64,000 nucleotides of DNA from Desulfatiglandales bacterium (lineage in GTDB: Bacteria > Desulfobacterota > DSM-4660 > Desulfatiglandales > HGW-15), in contig CAXXJJ010000001.1 of assembly GCA_963667015.2 (NCBI GenBank), positions 2,720,001 through 2,784,000 of the forward strand, given 5' to 3'. Positions 1 to 10,149 of this stretch are shown here, in pieces. The notes beneath the pieces were generated by a model. It had not been told where the DNA came from. It saw only the letters and a program-made list of their open reading frames with translations, and did no database searches. Position numbers and translations under genes: made by a program. Position 1 is the first letter of the stretch; each line of letters begins with the position of its first letter.

Positions 1-933
1 GTAACCGGGATTTCTGTTATTGTCCTGTTTTCTCTTATCCACTGGTACAGCCTGAACTTTGGAAGCAGGGTTCAGAATCTTCTGACATCCTTTAAAATAC
101 TGGTGATACTTGCCTTTATCGTGCTTGGTTTATCCGCAGGCAATGGAAGTGTTGATAATTTTATATCAGGACCTATCCATTCCTCATTGTTTACAGGTGA
201 ATTTGCCACTTCCCTTATCTATATCTCATTTGCCTACAGCGGCTGGAATGCATCTGCCTATATCGGTTCGGAAATAAAAAATCCCTCCCGGAATATACCT
301 CTATCTCTTTTCTGGGGTACTCTGGCTGTTATGATTCTATACCTGCTCCTTAATATAGTTTTTGTCTATGCGCTTCCTGTATCAGGGATGAGCAGTGCGG
401 GTGAAGAGGTTGGGGCAGCGGCTGCCATAAGTCTTTTCGGCGCAAAGACAGGACGTATTTTTTCAACCGCCATCACCATATGCCTTTTATCGGTTATAAG
501 TGCAATGATTATGACTGGACCCAGGGTATATTATGCAATGGCAAGGGATCGTGCCTTTCCACGCTGGTTTGGTGATGTGAATGTCCGACATACTACACCT
601 GGAAAGGCTATTTTTCTACAGGCTGTTATTGCAATACTAATGGTAATAACATCTTCATTTGACAGGCTTCTGATGTATATAGGGTTCACTCTTTCACTGT
701 TTGCCATGCTTACTGTGATCGGCCTGATTATTCTGCGCCTGAAAAGTCCCGGGCTTGAACGTCCCTATCGTACATTCGGTTATCCGGTAACACCGGTGCT
801 GTTTATTTTGAGCAACCTGTGGATAATTGTTAACACCGTTGTGGGAAATCCTTTTGTTCTGCTCTATGGAGGCGGGACGATTGTTGCAGGGATTTTGATT
901 TATTTGTATTATAGCCTTAAACCTGCAAAGTAG
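1..933 (+). CDS. APC-family amino acid permease (5' part outside window)
   Basis: Frame is open from base 1 (VTGISVIVLFSLIHWYSL...). Motifs FAYSGWN, GPRVYYAMARD and RPYRTFGYP, with many TM segments. Confidence 0.85.
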   Translation, partial: VTGISVIVLFSLIHWYSLNFGSRVQNLLTSFKILVILAFIVLGLSAGNGSVDNFISGPIHSSLFTGEFATSLIYISFAYSGWNASAYIGSEIKNPSRNIPLSLFWGTLAVMILYLLLNIVFVYALPVSGMSSAGEEVGAAAAISLFGAKTGRIFSTAITICLLSVISAMIMTGPRVYYAMARDRAFPRWFGDVNVRHTTPGKAIFLQAVIAILMVITSSFDRLLMYIGFTLSLFAMLTVIGLIILRLKSPGLERPYRTFGYPVTPVLFILSNLWIIVNTVVGNPFVLLYGGGTIVAGILIYLYYSLKPAK

Positions 934-970
934 GTTTATTTGCAGTTTATATCCTGAATACGTGCTAAAT

Positions 971-988
971 GGCACGGCGCACCGTGCC
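971..988. repeat. REP-like hairpin GGCACGG-CGCA-CCGTGCC
   Basis: Perfect 7-bp stem between convergent genes; related copies at 29845 and 52925. Confidence 0.6.
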
Positions 989-1001
989 CGTAGTCCAGTA
1001 T

Positions 1002-2441
1002 CTAATCTTCCGCCTGTGTGGGAATTACAAACCTTGCCCTGACCCCGCCATCGGGGAGGTTTTCAATACTGACCTTTCCCTTGTGAAGCTCTGCAACCTC
1101 TCTTACAAAGTTAAGACCCAGGCCTGTACTCTTTTTATCGGTATCCGGTCTGTTCAATGAAAAAAATTTGTTGAATATCTTTTCAAGTGCGTAATCAGGT
1201 ATTCCCGGTCCTTCGTCAATAATCTCGATGACAATCATATCTTCACAATTTTCCGCCGAAATATTGATCTGTGAATCCCGGGGGCCGAATTCAATGGCGT
1301 TTTGCAAAAGGTTTGATATGGCCTGATTCAGTAAAAACGAGTCCCCCTTTATGATCAGTTCTTCATCGGGCTTAAAGAGAACGCTGATGTTCTTTTTAAG
1401 GAGCATTGGCTGTTTGCTTTCGAGTACTATTTTCAGTATGGAACTTAAGTTTATGTTTTCAACCGCATTAAGTTTACTCCTGCTTTCCAGGCTGGAAAGT
1501 TCAAGCATCCGGTCTATAATATCCTTGATCCTGTTTGCCTCATTTCTTATATTTGCCAGAAAACGCTCCCTTCTTTCCTGCGGCATTTTTTCTTCAAGGA
1601 GTTCTGCTGCTCCTCTTATAGCAGAAACCGGGCTTTTTATTTCATGAGTAAGGGTCTGTACATACTGCTCAACATATTTTTTACCCTCAAGTGCCTCTTT
1701 CATTTTTTCAAAGGCAAAACCCATATCTCCTATCTCTGTTCGGTCCAGCCTTGGCAAAGAGGCCCTTTTACCCTGCCTTATATCTTCTGCGTAGAATTTC
1801 AAACGGTTAATGGGTCTTATGATCCACAGTGTAACTAAAAGGCTCAGCACCATTGCAGCAAAGAATGATACAAGGCTTACCTTTAAAAATCTTGGTTGCG
1901 CATTATCAAGAAAGTTATTTATGTTTGTTGTAGGTTTTGCGATGGTCAGTGCTCCTTCGATTCTGCCATCAACCCTGATAGGGGCGGCAACATAGAGTAC
2001 TGCAGATTTACTGTCCGCAGGATCTATTCTGGTAGTCCGGGCGCCGTATCCTCCTGCAAGGGTAAGTTTTACATCTCTCCATTTATTAAAGTCCTTGCCG
2101 ATATTTTCACTTTTATCCGAATCAAAGATAACCTTTCCGTTTTTGTCTGTAATGTAGATACTCATATCCACATTAATTTTATCGAATTGATAAATTCTGG
2201 CAGATATCTTGCGTGATTTGACATCCTCGAAAATTCTTTCCCATCTGGGTGCATCAAATGATCCCTCCTCAAATTCCTTTCCCAGTATGGAGGCGAGTAT
2301 ATTGGCCTGGTCAACCAGGGGATCTTCAACCCCCTCAAGATATCTGACCCTCAGGTTTTCAACAACCCAGTTGATAGGAAAAAAGAAGCAGATAATAAAG
2401 ATGGCAAAATAACATATGAAGATGCGCAGCCCTAATTTCAT
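1002..2441 (-). CDS. creC: Two-component sensor histidine kinase CreC
   Basis: CreC-like N-terminus (MKLGLRIF...EDPLVDQANILA), HAMP, THEIKSP H-box, HATPase with STGLGL; overlaps the creB stop. Confidence 0.85.
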   Translation of the reverse strand: MKLGLRIFICYFAIFIICFFFPINWVVENLRVRYLEGVEDPLVDQANILASILGKEFEEGSFDAPRWERIFEDVKSRKISARIYQFDKINVDMSIYITDKNGKVIFDSDKSENIGKDFNKWRDVKLTLAGGYGARTTRIDPADSKSAVLYVAAPIRVDGRIEGALTIAKPTTNINNFLDNAQPRFLKVSLVSFFAAMVLSLLVTLWIIRPINRLKFYAEDIRQGKRASLPRLDRTEIGDMGFAFEKMKEALEGKKYVEQYVQTLTHEIKSPVSAIRGAAELLEEKMPQERRERFLANIRNEANRIKDIIDRMLELSSLESRSKLNAVENINLSSILKIVLESKQPMLLKKNISVLFKPDEELIIKGDSFLLNQAISNLLQNAIEFGPRDSQINISAENCEDMIVIEIIDEGPGIPDYALEKIFNKFFSLNRPDTDKKSTGLGLNFVREVAELHKGKVSIENLPDGGVRARFVIPTQAED

Positions 2442-3121
2442 AGATCCTCTCTCAGTGAATACCCTATGCCGCGATGGGTTATAATAGGGTCTGAGTCCGG
2501 CTCAATACTTCTCAATTTTGCACGGATATTTTTAATATGGGCATCTACTGTTCTGTCAAGACTTGCCTCGGGTTCTTCCCATGCCATATCCATGAGCTTG
2601 TCCCTTGAAAATACATGGCCGGGCCTGTTTATAAATGTCTTCAGGATATTGAATTCGTAGCGGGACAGTTCGAGAGGTTTGCCAAGGTAGGTAATCCGCC
2701 TTCTTGATTCATCAACAATAAACACACTGCTGTTCTCTGGCGGGTTTTCCCTGACCGTGCCTGTTCTTCTTAAGACAGCCTTGATCCTGGCAGTAAGTTC
2801 TCTTGGGCTGAATGGTTTTGTAACATAGTCATCAGCCCCGATCTCAAGCCCAACTATCCTGTCCACTTCGTCTGCCCTTGCAGTAAGGAAGATGATAGGA
2901 GTATTGGTCTTTTTTCTAATATCTTTACACAGTTCAAAACCGTTTATATCGGGAAGGCCTACATCAAGAACTATAAGGTCTACCCCTTCCTTATCAAGGT
3001 ATTCAAGCGCCTTGATCCCTTCTGAAAAGCATATTGCATCAAAGCCGTCTGTTTCAAGCGCATACTGGATATTATCGGCAATGGAAGGTTCATCCTCAAC
3101 TATAAGAATCCTGGGTTTCAT
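2438..3121 (-). CDS. creB: OmpR-family response regulator CreB
   Basis: REC plus winged helix (DRTVDAHIKNIRAKL, THRGIGY). Start placed at ATG 3121 after a GGAGA RBS. Confidence 0.85.
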   Translation of the reverse strand: MKPRILIVEDEPSIADNIQYALETDGFDAICFSEGIKALEYLDKEGVDLIVLDVGLPDINGFELCKDIRKKTNTPIIFLTARADEVDRIVGLEIGADDYVTKPFSPRELTARIKAVLRRTGTVRENPPENSSVFIVDESRRRITYLGKPLELSRYEFNILKTFINRPGHVFSRDKLMDMAWEEPEASLDRTVDAHIKNIRAKLRSIEPDSDPIITHRGIGYSLREDL

Positions 3122-3198
3122 GGCATCTCCCACATGTTATAATTTAGAATAATACATTAGAATAGATATAAGTAAATCAGCGTCTTCACTATTTATAT

Positions 3199-3288
3199 GC
3201 ATAGCGCAAAGCGCAGAGAGCAAAGGGTAAAACTGTCCTTCACAGGTTTTCAGGTTTTTCGCCATGCTCTCTGCGCTATGCTCCATGC
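3199..3288. repeat. Imperfect inverted repeat built from short GCATAG/GCAGAG units
   Basis: AGCGCAGAGAGCA (3210-3222) pairs with TGCTCTCTGCGCT (3265-3277); intergenic. Confidence 0.5.
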
Positions 3289-3297
3289 ATATATTAC

Positions 3298-4047
3298 TCA
3301 CTTTACCCTAACCGAGACATAATGACAACAGGCCTTTAACAGAAAAAACAATGTAAAAACAATGGCGCAGCCGGACAGTACAATCAATGCAAAACCGATA
3401 AAATCACTGTTCTGAGGAATGCCTCCATGGTTCAGCACTGGTACCACCAGGGTAAAAGATAAATAAAAAGAGAGAGGCAAAAGAAATCGACCTAAAGGAA
3501 TGAAGGGCTTTTTAGATGTTTCCTTATGGTCAGAGTCCATAATTCTGTTCAGCAGGCTGTTATATATAAGTAGAAAAATAAAATAGACAAGTACTCCTTC
3601 AAACAGGTGAACCGTTTCTCTGGTGAACCAGGTTTCAAGCAGTTTAGTCTTAATACTGTATATGGAAAGATTGATTCGGAAGATGTTAACAAACAATGTA
3701 TAGGCATAGGCACTTACCAGACTGACAAAAACCCACAGGTTCTGCATGGATGCAGATTTTATATTTTTCAGGCCGATATATACAGAAAGGCAAAATGCAA
3801 TAATCATGAAATTAACACCTGAACATGATGGTGCGATTATTATGCCGTTTTCATTATTAACATATCCGGTATCTGTTTCTCTTTCAAAATCCATGTCTCC
3901 TGTCATCTCCACGAGATATGCAGTAGGTGCCAGTATCCAGACCAGGTCATCACTGGAGCTGTGGCTGTAGTGATATTTCAGCCCCCATGCAATAACAAGA
4001 CATATGACCGCCATTATTATCCTGTTCAATCTGAGTTTGTTAAACAT
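3298..4047 (-). CDS. xrtK: Exosortase, XrtK-like
   Basis: Multi-pass membrane protein with LKYHYS..LVWILAPT; catalytic-type Cys (APSCSGVNF), Arg (NIFRI) and His (HLFEG); directly downstream of a PEP-CTERM protein. Confidence 0.75.
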   Translation of the reverse strand: MFNKLRLNRIIMAVICLVIAWGLKYHYSHSSSDDLVWILAPTAYLVEMTGDMDFERETDTGYVNNENGIIIAPSCSGVNFMIIAFCLSVYIGLKNIKSASMQNLWVFVSLVSAYAYTLFVNIFRINLSIYSIKTKLLETWFTRETVHLFEGVLVYFIFLLIYNSLLNRIMDSDHKETSKKPFIPLGRFLLPLSFYLSFTLVVPVLNHGGIPQNSDFIGFALIVLSGCAIVFTLFFLLKACCHYVSVRVK

Positions 4048-4103
4048 TTCTGCCCCCTAAACGTAAGGACTTAATAAACTTTTAAAATATTCACCACATC
4101 CCC

Positions 4104-4132
4104 GTAGAGACAGGTTTGAAACCTGTCTCTAC
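4104..4132. repeat. GTAG-type REP hairpin
   Basis: GTAGAGACAGGTTT-G-AAACCTGTCTCTAC; degenerate copy at 32127-32153. Confidence 0.65.
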
Positions 4133-4143
4133 CCCGACAATGG

Positions 4144-5550
4144 TTAGCCGCGACGGCATCGAGAGATGACCTTAACTGATCTTCTGCGAACACTTCCTCC
4201 GGCCACTATTGAAGTAAAGATAATCAGAAGGATATAAAAATCCGGTTCAGGAACCTTTGCAATCCTTACTGGTTCAGGTTTCGGTTCTTCCTCCGGCAAA
4301 GGTAATGCCTGTGCAACAATTTCTTCTTCAGGAGTTATTGCTTTTCTGACCGTATTATTAAAGGCAATAAATGATGTATTCTTTGTAAGGACATTGTGTT
4401 TAATCCCCAGGTCAGTTATTTCTGAATCTATACTCCCATTTTCATCAACAGAGTTAAGTCCGGAAAGGCGCTCGATCCTTTTTCCTGCCCAGAGGCGCTC
4501 CAGCGACCCCTTTGATTTTCGGCTGTTATGTTTTACAAAACGATATGCCTTTGAATAATCACGGCCAAATCTTTTTCCCTCCACTTTGATAATGCCGTCA
4601 GCCTCTCCTTCCCATTTTCCAAGCAGCGCGACGGGCCTGCTGGTAGACGGATCAGGAATGTTTGAAGGCTCAAGGTCATAAGTCTTAAGATCTGTAAATT
4701 TTACAGAGACATCCTTTAAACCGGGAGAACCGACATACTCGTTAAAGAGCAGGTATTTTTCATCTCCTCCACCGGATAAAATCAACCCTGACGGCATCTT
4801 CTGTTCTGCAAGACGGTAGTTCAGGATATAATCCCGGGTACTCCCAATTTTGCCCTGGTCATTGAGAATTACCTTTGCAGTTGAATCTGTTTCTGCAATG
4901 ATATCAATATCATGTGTGTTGCACATCAACTCCTGGATGGGGGCACCTGCGGATATGCTCACAGTAATATTAAAATCGGTTTCCGATGATTCCTTATCTC
5001 CGGAATCTAAAACAGCCGGGTATACAAATTGATATTTCATATTATCCGGTATAAGGAGCTTGGTGTAGCTGAGTCCTATATCAACAGTTTCTCCCGGCAT
5101 TATGTTTGTCAGATTCATGGTAAACCGGTTTTGCCTGTCCTGCTCAAGCAAAAGTGCATTTTTGCCTTCTTCTTTAAAGCGGTTAAATTCTTCAAGGGCT
5201 GTTTTTTGTTCCATTACCTTTGCTGTAGCAGTCTCTTCATTTGTTTTCATTTCCATTCCATGTACCATAACCCTCTCCGGTACAGGAAATGAATGCCGGC
5301 CATTTATTATCCGGTCGCTGTTATTTTTGTATTGTTGTCTTACAGTAACCTCCGCAATTGATCCGTTAATGTTGACGTTGACGTCGGTGCCCTTGAGCTG
5401 CATCCGATCGGCTGCCGGTTCATTGTTCGTTGTTGAGATACAGGATAAAAGTGAGTGAAAATCCGGTGTTTCATCAAATGCAAAGATCTTAACATCAATG
5501 AAACATAAAAATAGTAAAATACAATAGGTTAACAGTCTGCGTTTCATCAT
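4144..5550 (-). CDS. Exported VIT-domain protein with C-terminal VPEP sorting signal (PEP-CTERM type)
   Basis: Signal peptide, VIT pattern (IAEVTVRQQYKN...FPVPE...ALLLEQ), C-terminal VPEP + hydrophobic helix + RRR. Confidence 0.8.
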   Translation of the reverse strand: MMKRRLLTYCILLFLCFIDVKIFAFDETPDFHSLLSCISTTNNEPAADRMQLKGTDVNVNINGSIAEVTVRQQYKNNSDRIINGRHSFPVPERVMVHGMEMKTNEETATAKVMEQKTALEEFNRFKEEGKNALLLEQDRQNRFTMNLTNIMPGETVDIGLSYTKLLIPDNMKYQFVYPAVLDSGDKESSETDFNITVSISAGAPIQELMCNTHDIDIIAETDSTAKVILNDQGKIGSTRDYILNYRLAEQKMPSGLILSGGGDEKYLLFNEYVGSPGLKDVSVKFTDLKTYDLEPSNIPDPSTSRPVALLGKWEGEADGIIKVEGKRFGRDYSKAYRFVKHNSRKSKGSLERLWAGKRIERLSGLNSVDENGSIDSEITDLGIKHNVLTKNTSFIAFNNTVRKAITPEEEIVAQALPLPEEEPKPEPVRIAKVPEPDFYILLIIFTSIVAGGSVRRRSVKVISRCRRG

Positions 5551-5617
5551 TTTGGCACCTCCTCGTTAAATGTTAAAGGATATTGTTTAGCGTTGATATG
5601 AAGTCTAATGCCCTCAT

Positions 5618-5655
5618 GTGAAATGATTAAGAAGTTAAAATGAAAAATGTGTGAA
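5618..5655 (-). promoter_or_regulatory. Candidate CreB-binding cre-tag array
   Basis: Minus strand reads TTCAC-N6-TTCAT-N6-TTCTT-N6-TTCAC (11-bp period), followed by a TAGACT -10-like hexamer, upstream of the VIT gene. Confidence 0.7.
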
Positions 5656-5841
5656 TAAAAACACGTTCTAAGGTTTACGGTTTAAGATGTGAGACTGAGG
5701 TTTGTTTTTGAGATTACTCGAACCCCTGGCCCCTTGAACCCTTGAATCCTAATTTATGATCAGGAATTTTCAATTTGACTTGACTGGAAAATTGCTTTAA
5801 CCATAAAAAAGAAAAAATATATAAAATTCAGGAGTTTTTTA

Positions 5842-6378
5842 ATGGATTACAAAGAGATTGAGGAGCTGGCCCTTTCCTGCGGATTTACCTGTGTGGGAAA
5901 ACTTGATGTAGATACCATCCAGGTACGTACAGAGGTGCGCGATTCCTGTGCAGAAAATAAATGCCATGCCTATGGAAAAAACTGGTCATGCCCGCCTGCC
6001 TGCGGAGATCTGGATGCCTGCGAAAAGATTATCAGAAAATATAAACATGGCCTGATTCTTCAGACAAAAGGCGAGCTTGAAGACTCATTTGATTTTGAAG
6101 CAATGATGGATCTTGAAAAGGTCCATAGAAAATCCTTTATAAAATTCAACGAAGAGATCAAGAAAATCTATCCGGATGCAGTGGTTATAGGTACAGGCGC
6201 CTGTACCATTTGCAAGGAATGTTCATACCCGGATAATCCCTGTCGTTTTCCGGAAAAGATGATTTCATCAATGGAGGCATTCGGGATGATAGTAAGTGAT
6301 GTGTGCAAAGCAAACAATATTCCATACTACTACGGTGAAGGAACACTTACATATGTAGGATGTGTGCTGTTGGATTAA
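5842..6378 (+). CDS. DUF2284-like predicted metal-binding protein
   Basis: Cys pattern C..N.C..YG.NWSCPP and GACTICKECSY....CRFP...SSMEAFG. Confidence 0.75.
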   Translation: MDYKEIEELALSCGFTCVGKLDVDTIQVRTEVRDSCAENKCHAYGKNWSCPPACGDLDACEKIIRKYKHGLILQTKGELEDSFDFEAMMDLEKVHRKSFIKFNEEIKKIYPDAVVIGTGACTICKECSYPDNPCRFPEKMISSMEAFGMIVSDVCKANNIPYYYGEGTLTYVGCVLLD

Positions 6379-6397
6379 AAGGTAAAAAGGAGCATTC

Positions 6398-7423
6398 ATG
6401 CATTCTCTTGAAATAAAAGGCAGCTTAAATACCTCTGCAATTCATGTCGGGGAGAGTTATAAAAACGTAGGAAAATATCTGCCGTCATCTAATGTGGTTA
6501 TCATTGCGGACAGTAATGTGTTTGATCATTACCATGAGTCTTTCCCGAAGGCTAAGACAATTAAGATCGAAACCAGTGAAAAAAAGAAAAGCCTTGATAC
6601 TGTCAACTATATTGTTAATGAACTTGTTGACATGGAGGCCGATCGAAGCCTGTTTCTGCTCGGCATAGGCGGAGGAATCCTCTGTGACATTGCCGGATTT
6701 GTAGCGTCAGTATACATGCGGGGCATATCCTTCGGATTTATATCTACAACGCTGCTTTCCCAGGTGGATGCCAGTGTGGGAGGCAAGAACGGGGTTAATT
6801 TTAAAGGATATAAAAATATGGTAGGGGTATTCAATCAGCCTGATTTTGTCATATGCGACCCCGAAGTATTAAAAACCCTTCCGTCTGAGGAACTGTTAAA
6901 CGGCTGCGCGGAAATTATCAAACACGGGGCAATAGCCGATGAAAATCTGTTTAAATATCTGGAAGATAATTATAAGGGCATTATGGATCTTGACAGCAGC
7001 GTGATTGAACGAGTCGTTTACGATTCCGTAGTAATAAAATCCGATGTAGTAAACAAAGATGAAAAGGAAAAGGGAGAGAGGAAAAAACTCAATTTCGGTC
7101 ACACCATCGGACATGCCATAGAAAAGGTAACCGGCGTAAGTCATGGAAAGGCTGTAGGCCTGGGCATGGTGGCTGCCGCAAACCTGTCGGAAGCCAGGGG
7201 TTTGCTTTCTCCGGATGATAAACAGCGGATCATTTCACTTATTAAAAACATGGGACTTCCGGTTGAAATGGAAGCCGACAAATCAGAGATACTTGATGCA
7301 ATGAAAAGAGACAAAAAAAGGGAAGGGGACAGCATCCATTTTGTTCTTCTGGATGGGATAGGGAAGTCTGTAATAGAGAATATTACTATAAGTGAACTCG
7401 AAAAATATTTTATAAGTGCATAG
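6398..7423 (+). CDS. aroB: 3-dehydroquinate synthase
   Basis: GGG..D..GF.ASVYMRG, TTLLSQVDASVGGKNGVN, LNFGHTIGHAIE. Confidence 0.93.
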   Translation: MHSLEIKGSLNTSAIHVGESYKNVGKYLPSSNVVIIADSNVFDHYHESFPKAKTIKIETSEKKKSLDTVNYIVNELVDMEADRSLFLLGIGGGILCDIAGFVASVYMRGISFGFISTTLLSQVDASVGGKNGVNFKGYKNMVGVFNQPDFVICDPEVLKTLPSEELLNGCAEIIKHGAIADENLFKYLEDNYKGIMDLDSSVIERVVYDSVVIKSDVVNKDEKEKGERKKLNFGHTIGHAIEKVTGVSHGKAVGLGMVAAANLSEARGLLSPDDKQRIISLIKNMGLPVEMEADKSEILDAMKRDKKREGDSIHFVLLDGIGKSVIENITISELEKYFISA

Positions 7424-7840
7424 GAAAACTTTATTTTATCTGTAATCCTTCAGAAGGGAGAGCCTCAACCCACGTTGATTATCAATATCCAAACTCAGGT
7501 ATTGTGTCTGCTTACATTATAACTCAACGTCGTTACGCGTCTTTCGGGTCGAGCGCCCAGTGCTCGTTGATCTTGGAAATCACTTCTACGAAATCCACCG
7601 GAACCTTGACGGTAAGGCGCGGATAATAGGATCTATTTAGAAGAGAATGAAGTAAGTGTCCGAACGGGTTAGAATCTGCACAGGCATAACTGATTACTGC
7701 CTAAAAAAATATTTCTAAATTAATGAAACTTGAAAAAAATCTGTATTTTCGGAGCCCACTATATTAATGCAGGTAATCAATACTATTATGGTCTATAAGC
7801 TCAAATATAACCAGTAAGACCAGAGACAGGAGGCAATAAA

Positions 7841-8920
7841 ATGACATCAGAAGAAAAAATATATCGGGATTTACAGGAACATCTTGATAAACAGGCAGTT
7901 GGCTTTCCTGCAACCGACTCCGGTGTTGAGATCCGAATCCTTAAAGAACTTTTCACCCCTGAACAGGCGGAACTGGCCCTTTACCTGACTTATAAACCGC
8001 AGTCTGCGTCGGATATTTATGAACGCGTTAAAGACAGCGGCATATCGCTTGAAAAAGTCAAAACTCTTCTGGATGAACTGGCTGGTAACGGGGCTATAGC
8101 CGAAAAGGAGAGAGATGGCATTGAATATTATTACACGATGCCGCTGCTGATTGGGATTGTAGAATGGCATGGCAGTAAAGCAACTCCGCAGTTCCGGGCG
8201 GATTTTAGTGAGTATATGGGCAGCGGCTATGTAAAATCATACGCAAGTACAAGGACCTCACAAATGAGGACAATCCCTGTCAGGAAAAGTATCGATGTGG
8301 AACACAGCGTCATTACCTATGACAGCGTAAAGGATATTATCAACAATACAGAGGGGCCAATCATTATAAGCCCCTGTATGTGTCGTGAAGGCGCAAAACT
8401 GGGAGGTGAGCCTTGTCAAAAAACAAGCCGCACAGATTCATGTATGGCATTTGGTGACTGGGCGAAGCATTTTATTAAAACAGGAAAGGCAAGAGAAATC
8501 ACCCGTGAGGAGGCGCTGGAAATAACCCGTCAAAACGAAGAGGACGGTCTTGTTCTGCAGCCTACCAACTACCAGAAACTGGATTTTATCTGTGCCTGCT
8601 GCGGTTGCTGCTGCGGAGTCCTTAGAATACAAAAAATGTTGCCTAAACCGGCACAAAACTGGGCTCATAACTATTACGCCGCAGTAGATGCAGAGTTATG
8701 CACCGGCTGCGGGATCTGTGTTGAAAGGTGTCAGATTAACGCTGTTTCGATGGACGAGCAAAATGAGTGTTCAGTAATTAGCCTTGACCGGTGTATAGGC
8801 TGTGGCAACTGCGTTGTTACCTGTCCGGCAGAAGCTATAAAGATGGTCAGGATGGAGAATGAAGCAATTCCACCTGAAGATTCCACGGGCCTCTTTAAAA
8901 TATTGGCTGAACATAATTAG
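7841..8920 (+). CDS. Iron-sulfur protein with C-terminal 2[4Fe-4S] ferredoxin domain
   Basis: CMCR, ICACCGCCCG, CTGCGICVERC and CIGCGNCVVTCP motifs; GGAGG RBS. Confidence 0.85.
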   Translation: MTSEEKIYRDLQEHLDKQAVGFPATDSGVEIRILKELFTPEQAELALYLTYKPQSASDIYERVKDSGISLEKVKTLLDELAGNGAIAEKERDGIEYYYTMPLLIGIVEWHGSKATPQFRADFSEYMGSGYVKSYASTRTSQMRTIPVRKSIDVEHSVITYDSVKDIINNTEGPIIISPCMCREGAKLGGEPCQKTSRTDSCMAFGDWAKHFIKTGKAREITREEALEITRQNEEDGLVLQPTNYQKLDFICACCGCCCGVLRIQKMLPKPAQNWAHNYYAAVDAELCTGCGICVERCQINAVSMDEQNECSVISLDRCIGCGNCVVTCPAEAIKMVRMENEAIPPEDSTGLFKILAEHN

Positions 8921-9180
8921 TTTCCATCCATAAACGGATCTTTTTCATAATTTCCGTATCAATTTTCGGAATTGGGCGTGGGATGTACTGTAATTGTACG
9001 TCTCAGCCCAATGTAATGATTTCCTTTAAACTGTAAAAATATCCGGTGAATGAATTGAAACTCATCAGCTCCTCTTTTCTGCAATAAAAGGAAATTAAAT
9101 TTTCTACTGCGACATTATATGTCATACCACCTGTAATATAATCATTCTTATCCATAAAAATTAAATATAAAAATCTACTG

Positions 9181-9504
9181 TTGAAGGCTGATTTTAGCCT
9201 TAATGAAGGTGCAACACGTGGTCTTGAGAAGGTCGGATTGCTTGATTCTATTCAACATACAAGCAATTCAAAAAACTACCTTCTTAATTCCGGCTACCAT
9301 GGAAGCAAATACTACCTGGATGTTTTATCAGCAAGTGACAAAGGAATCATTACAGCCTCTGGAACTGCTCCACTTGAGTTTGCAAGGGAAATATTTAAAG
9401 AACTTGATCTGTATAAAACTGAAGTTCTTGATGCCTGGTATAAATTGGTTAAAACCGGCTCGCCGGAAGCATTTGCTGAGTTTATGGAATCAATCGGGTC
9501 TTAA
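9181..9504 (+). pseudogene. C-terminal remnant of DJ-1/PfpI-family protein
   Basis: GAT..L..VGLLD...HTSN and IITASGTAPLEFAREI are present, but the N-terminal half and the Cys normally preceding GAT are missing; no RBS. Confidence 0.65.
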
Positions 9505-9659
9505 CCTCGCGTTTACATGGCTATCCTCCATTACATACTGGTTGATATGCACCATAACTGGTGGTGCATATCAACCAGTAAACCGACCTGCCTTTTTCCG
9601 CATAAAAATAAAACTATGTAATTACCTGAAAATAAAAAGTAAATTGCCGCCCGTAGAGG

Positions 9660-9675
9660 TGGCATCGGATTTGCT
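9660..9675 (+). promoter_or_regulatory. Sigma-54 -24/-12 promoter
   Basis: TGGCATCGGATTTGCT (GG-N10-GC), about 90 nt upstream of the PilZ gene. Confidence 0.7.
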
Positions 9676-9764
9676 TTTACCAAAATGCAGAGAGAATAAG
9701 AAGGTAACCTATTTTTTTGGCAGCAGAGCGCAATAGATATTGAGGCGGGAGTGAAAATTTCCAA

Positions 9765-10079
9765 ATGGTTTTAGAGCAAGATTCCCAATTTACTGATCGT
9801 CGGCATTTCAAACGCCGCCTTCTGAATCATGTGGTTTCCTTTGCCTGTATTGATGAGAATGGCCGTTTTGACTGGCATCTCGGTGTTATCCGTGATGTCG
9901 GTTCAGGTGGTATCAGGATCCGCTCCAATCGGGAGGTAAGATTACACCGGGGACAGCGGCTTTTTATTGTCTGCATACCGGAAGGGAGCCAGCCTGATAA
10001 TGAGCAGTGCGCCGTTCAGATGGAAGGCAGGGTTACATGGCAGGATAAGGGCGGATATTTTTTCGGTCTGGAGTTATAG
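9765..10079 (+). CDS. Stand-alone PilZ-domain protein
   Basis: RRHFKR and DVGSGGIRI motifs, GRVTW, FGLEL ending. Confidence 0.75.
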   Translation: MVLEQDSQFTDRRHFKRRLLNHVVSFACIDENGRFDWHLGVIRDVGSGGIRIRSNREVRLHRGQRLFIVCIPEGSQPDNEQCAVQMEGRVTWQDKGGYFFGLEL

Positions 10080-10149
10080 CCCCGGATATTCGTGTCTGAC
10101 GCAGACATTGGATAAAAGAAAGTGTTTTAAACCTGGCGTATTTAACCGG

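Noticed and set aside
7530..7630. GC-richer patch reading YYPRLTVKVPVDFVEVISKINEHWALDPKDA* on the minus strand
   Set aside because: May be a foreign gene tail, but it is too short to assign and has no start.
8920..9075. Minus-strand RBS + ATG with an in-frame UGA after 20 codons
   Set aside because: No Cys-type motif, family resemblance or convincing hairpin, so not called a selenoprotein.
9203..9736. 177-aa ORF overlapping the DJ-1 remnant
   Set aside because: Alternative frame with no recognisable features.
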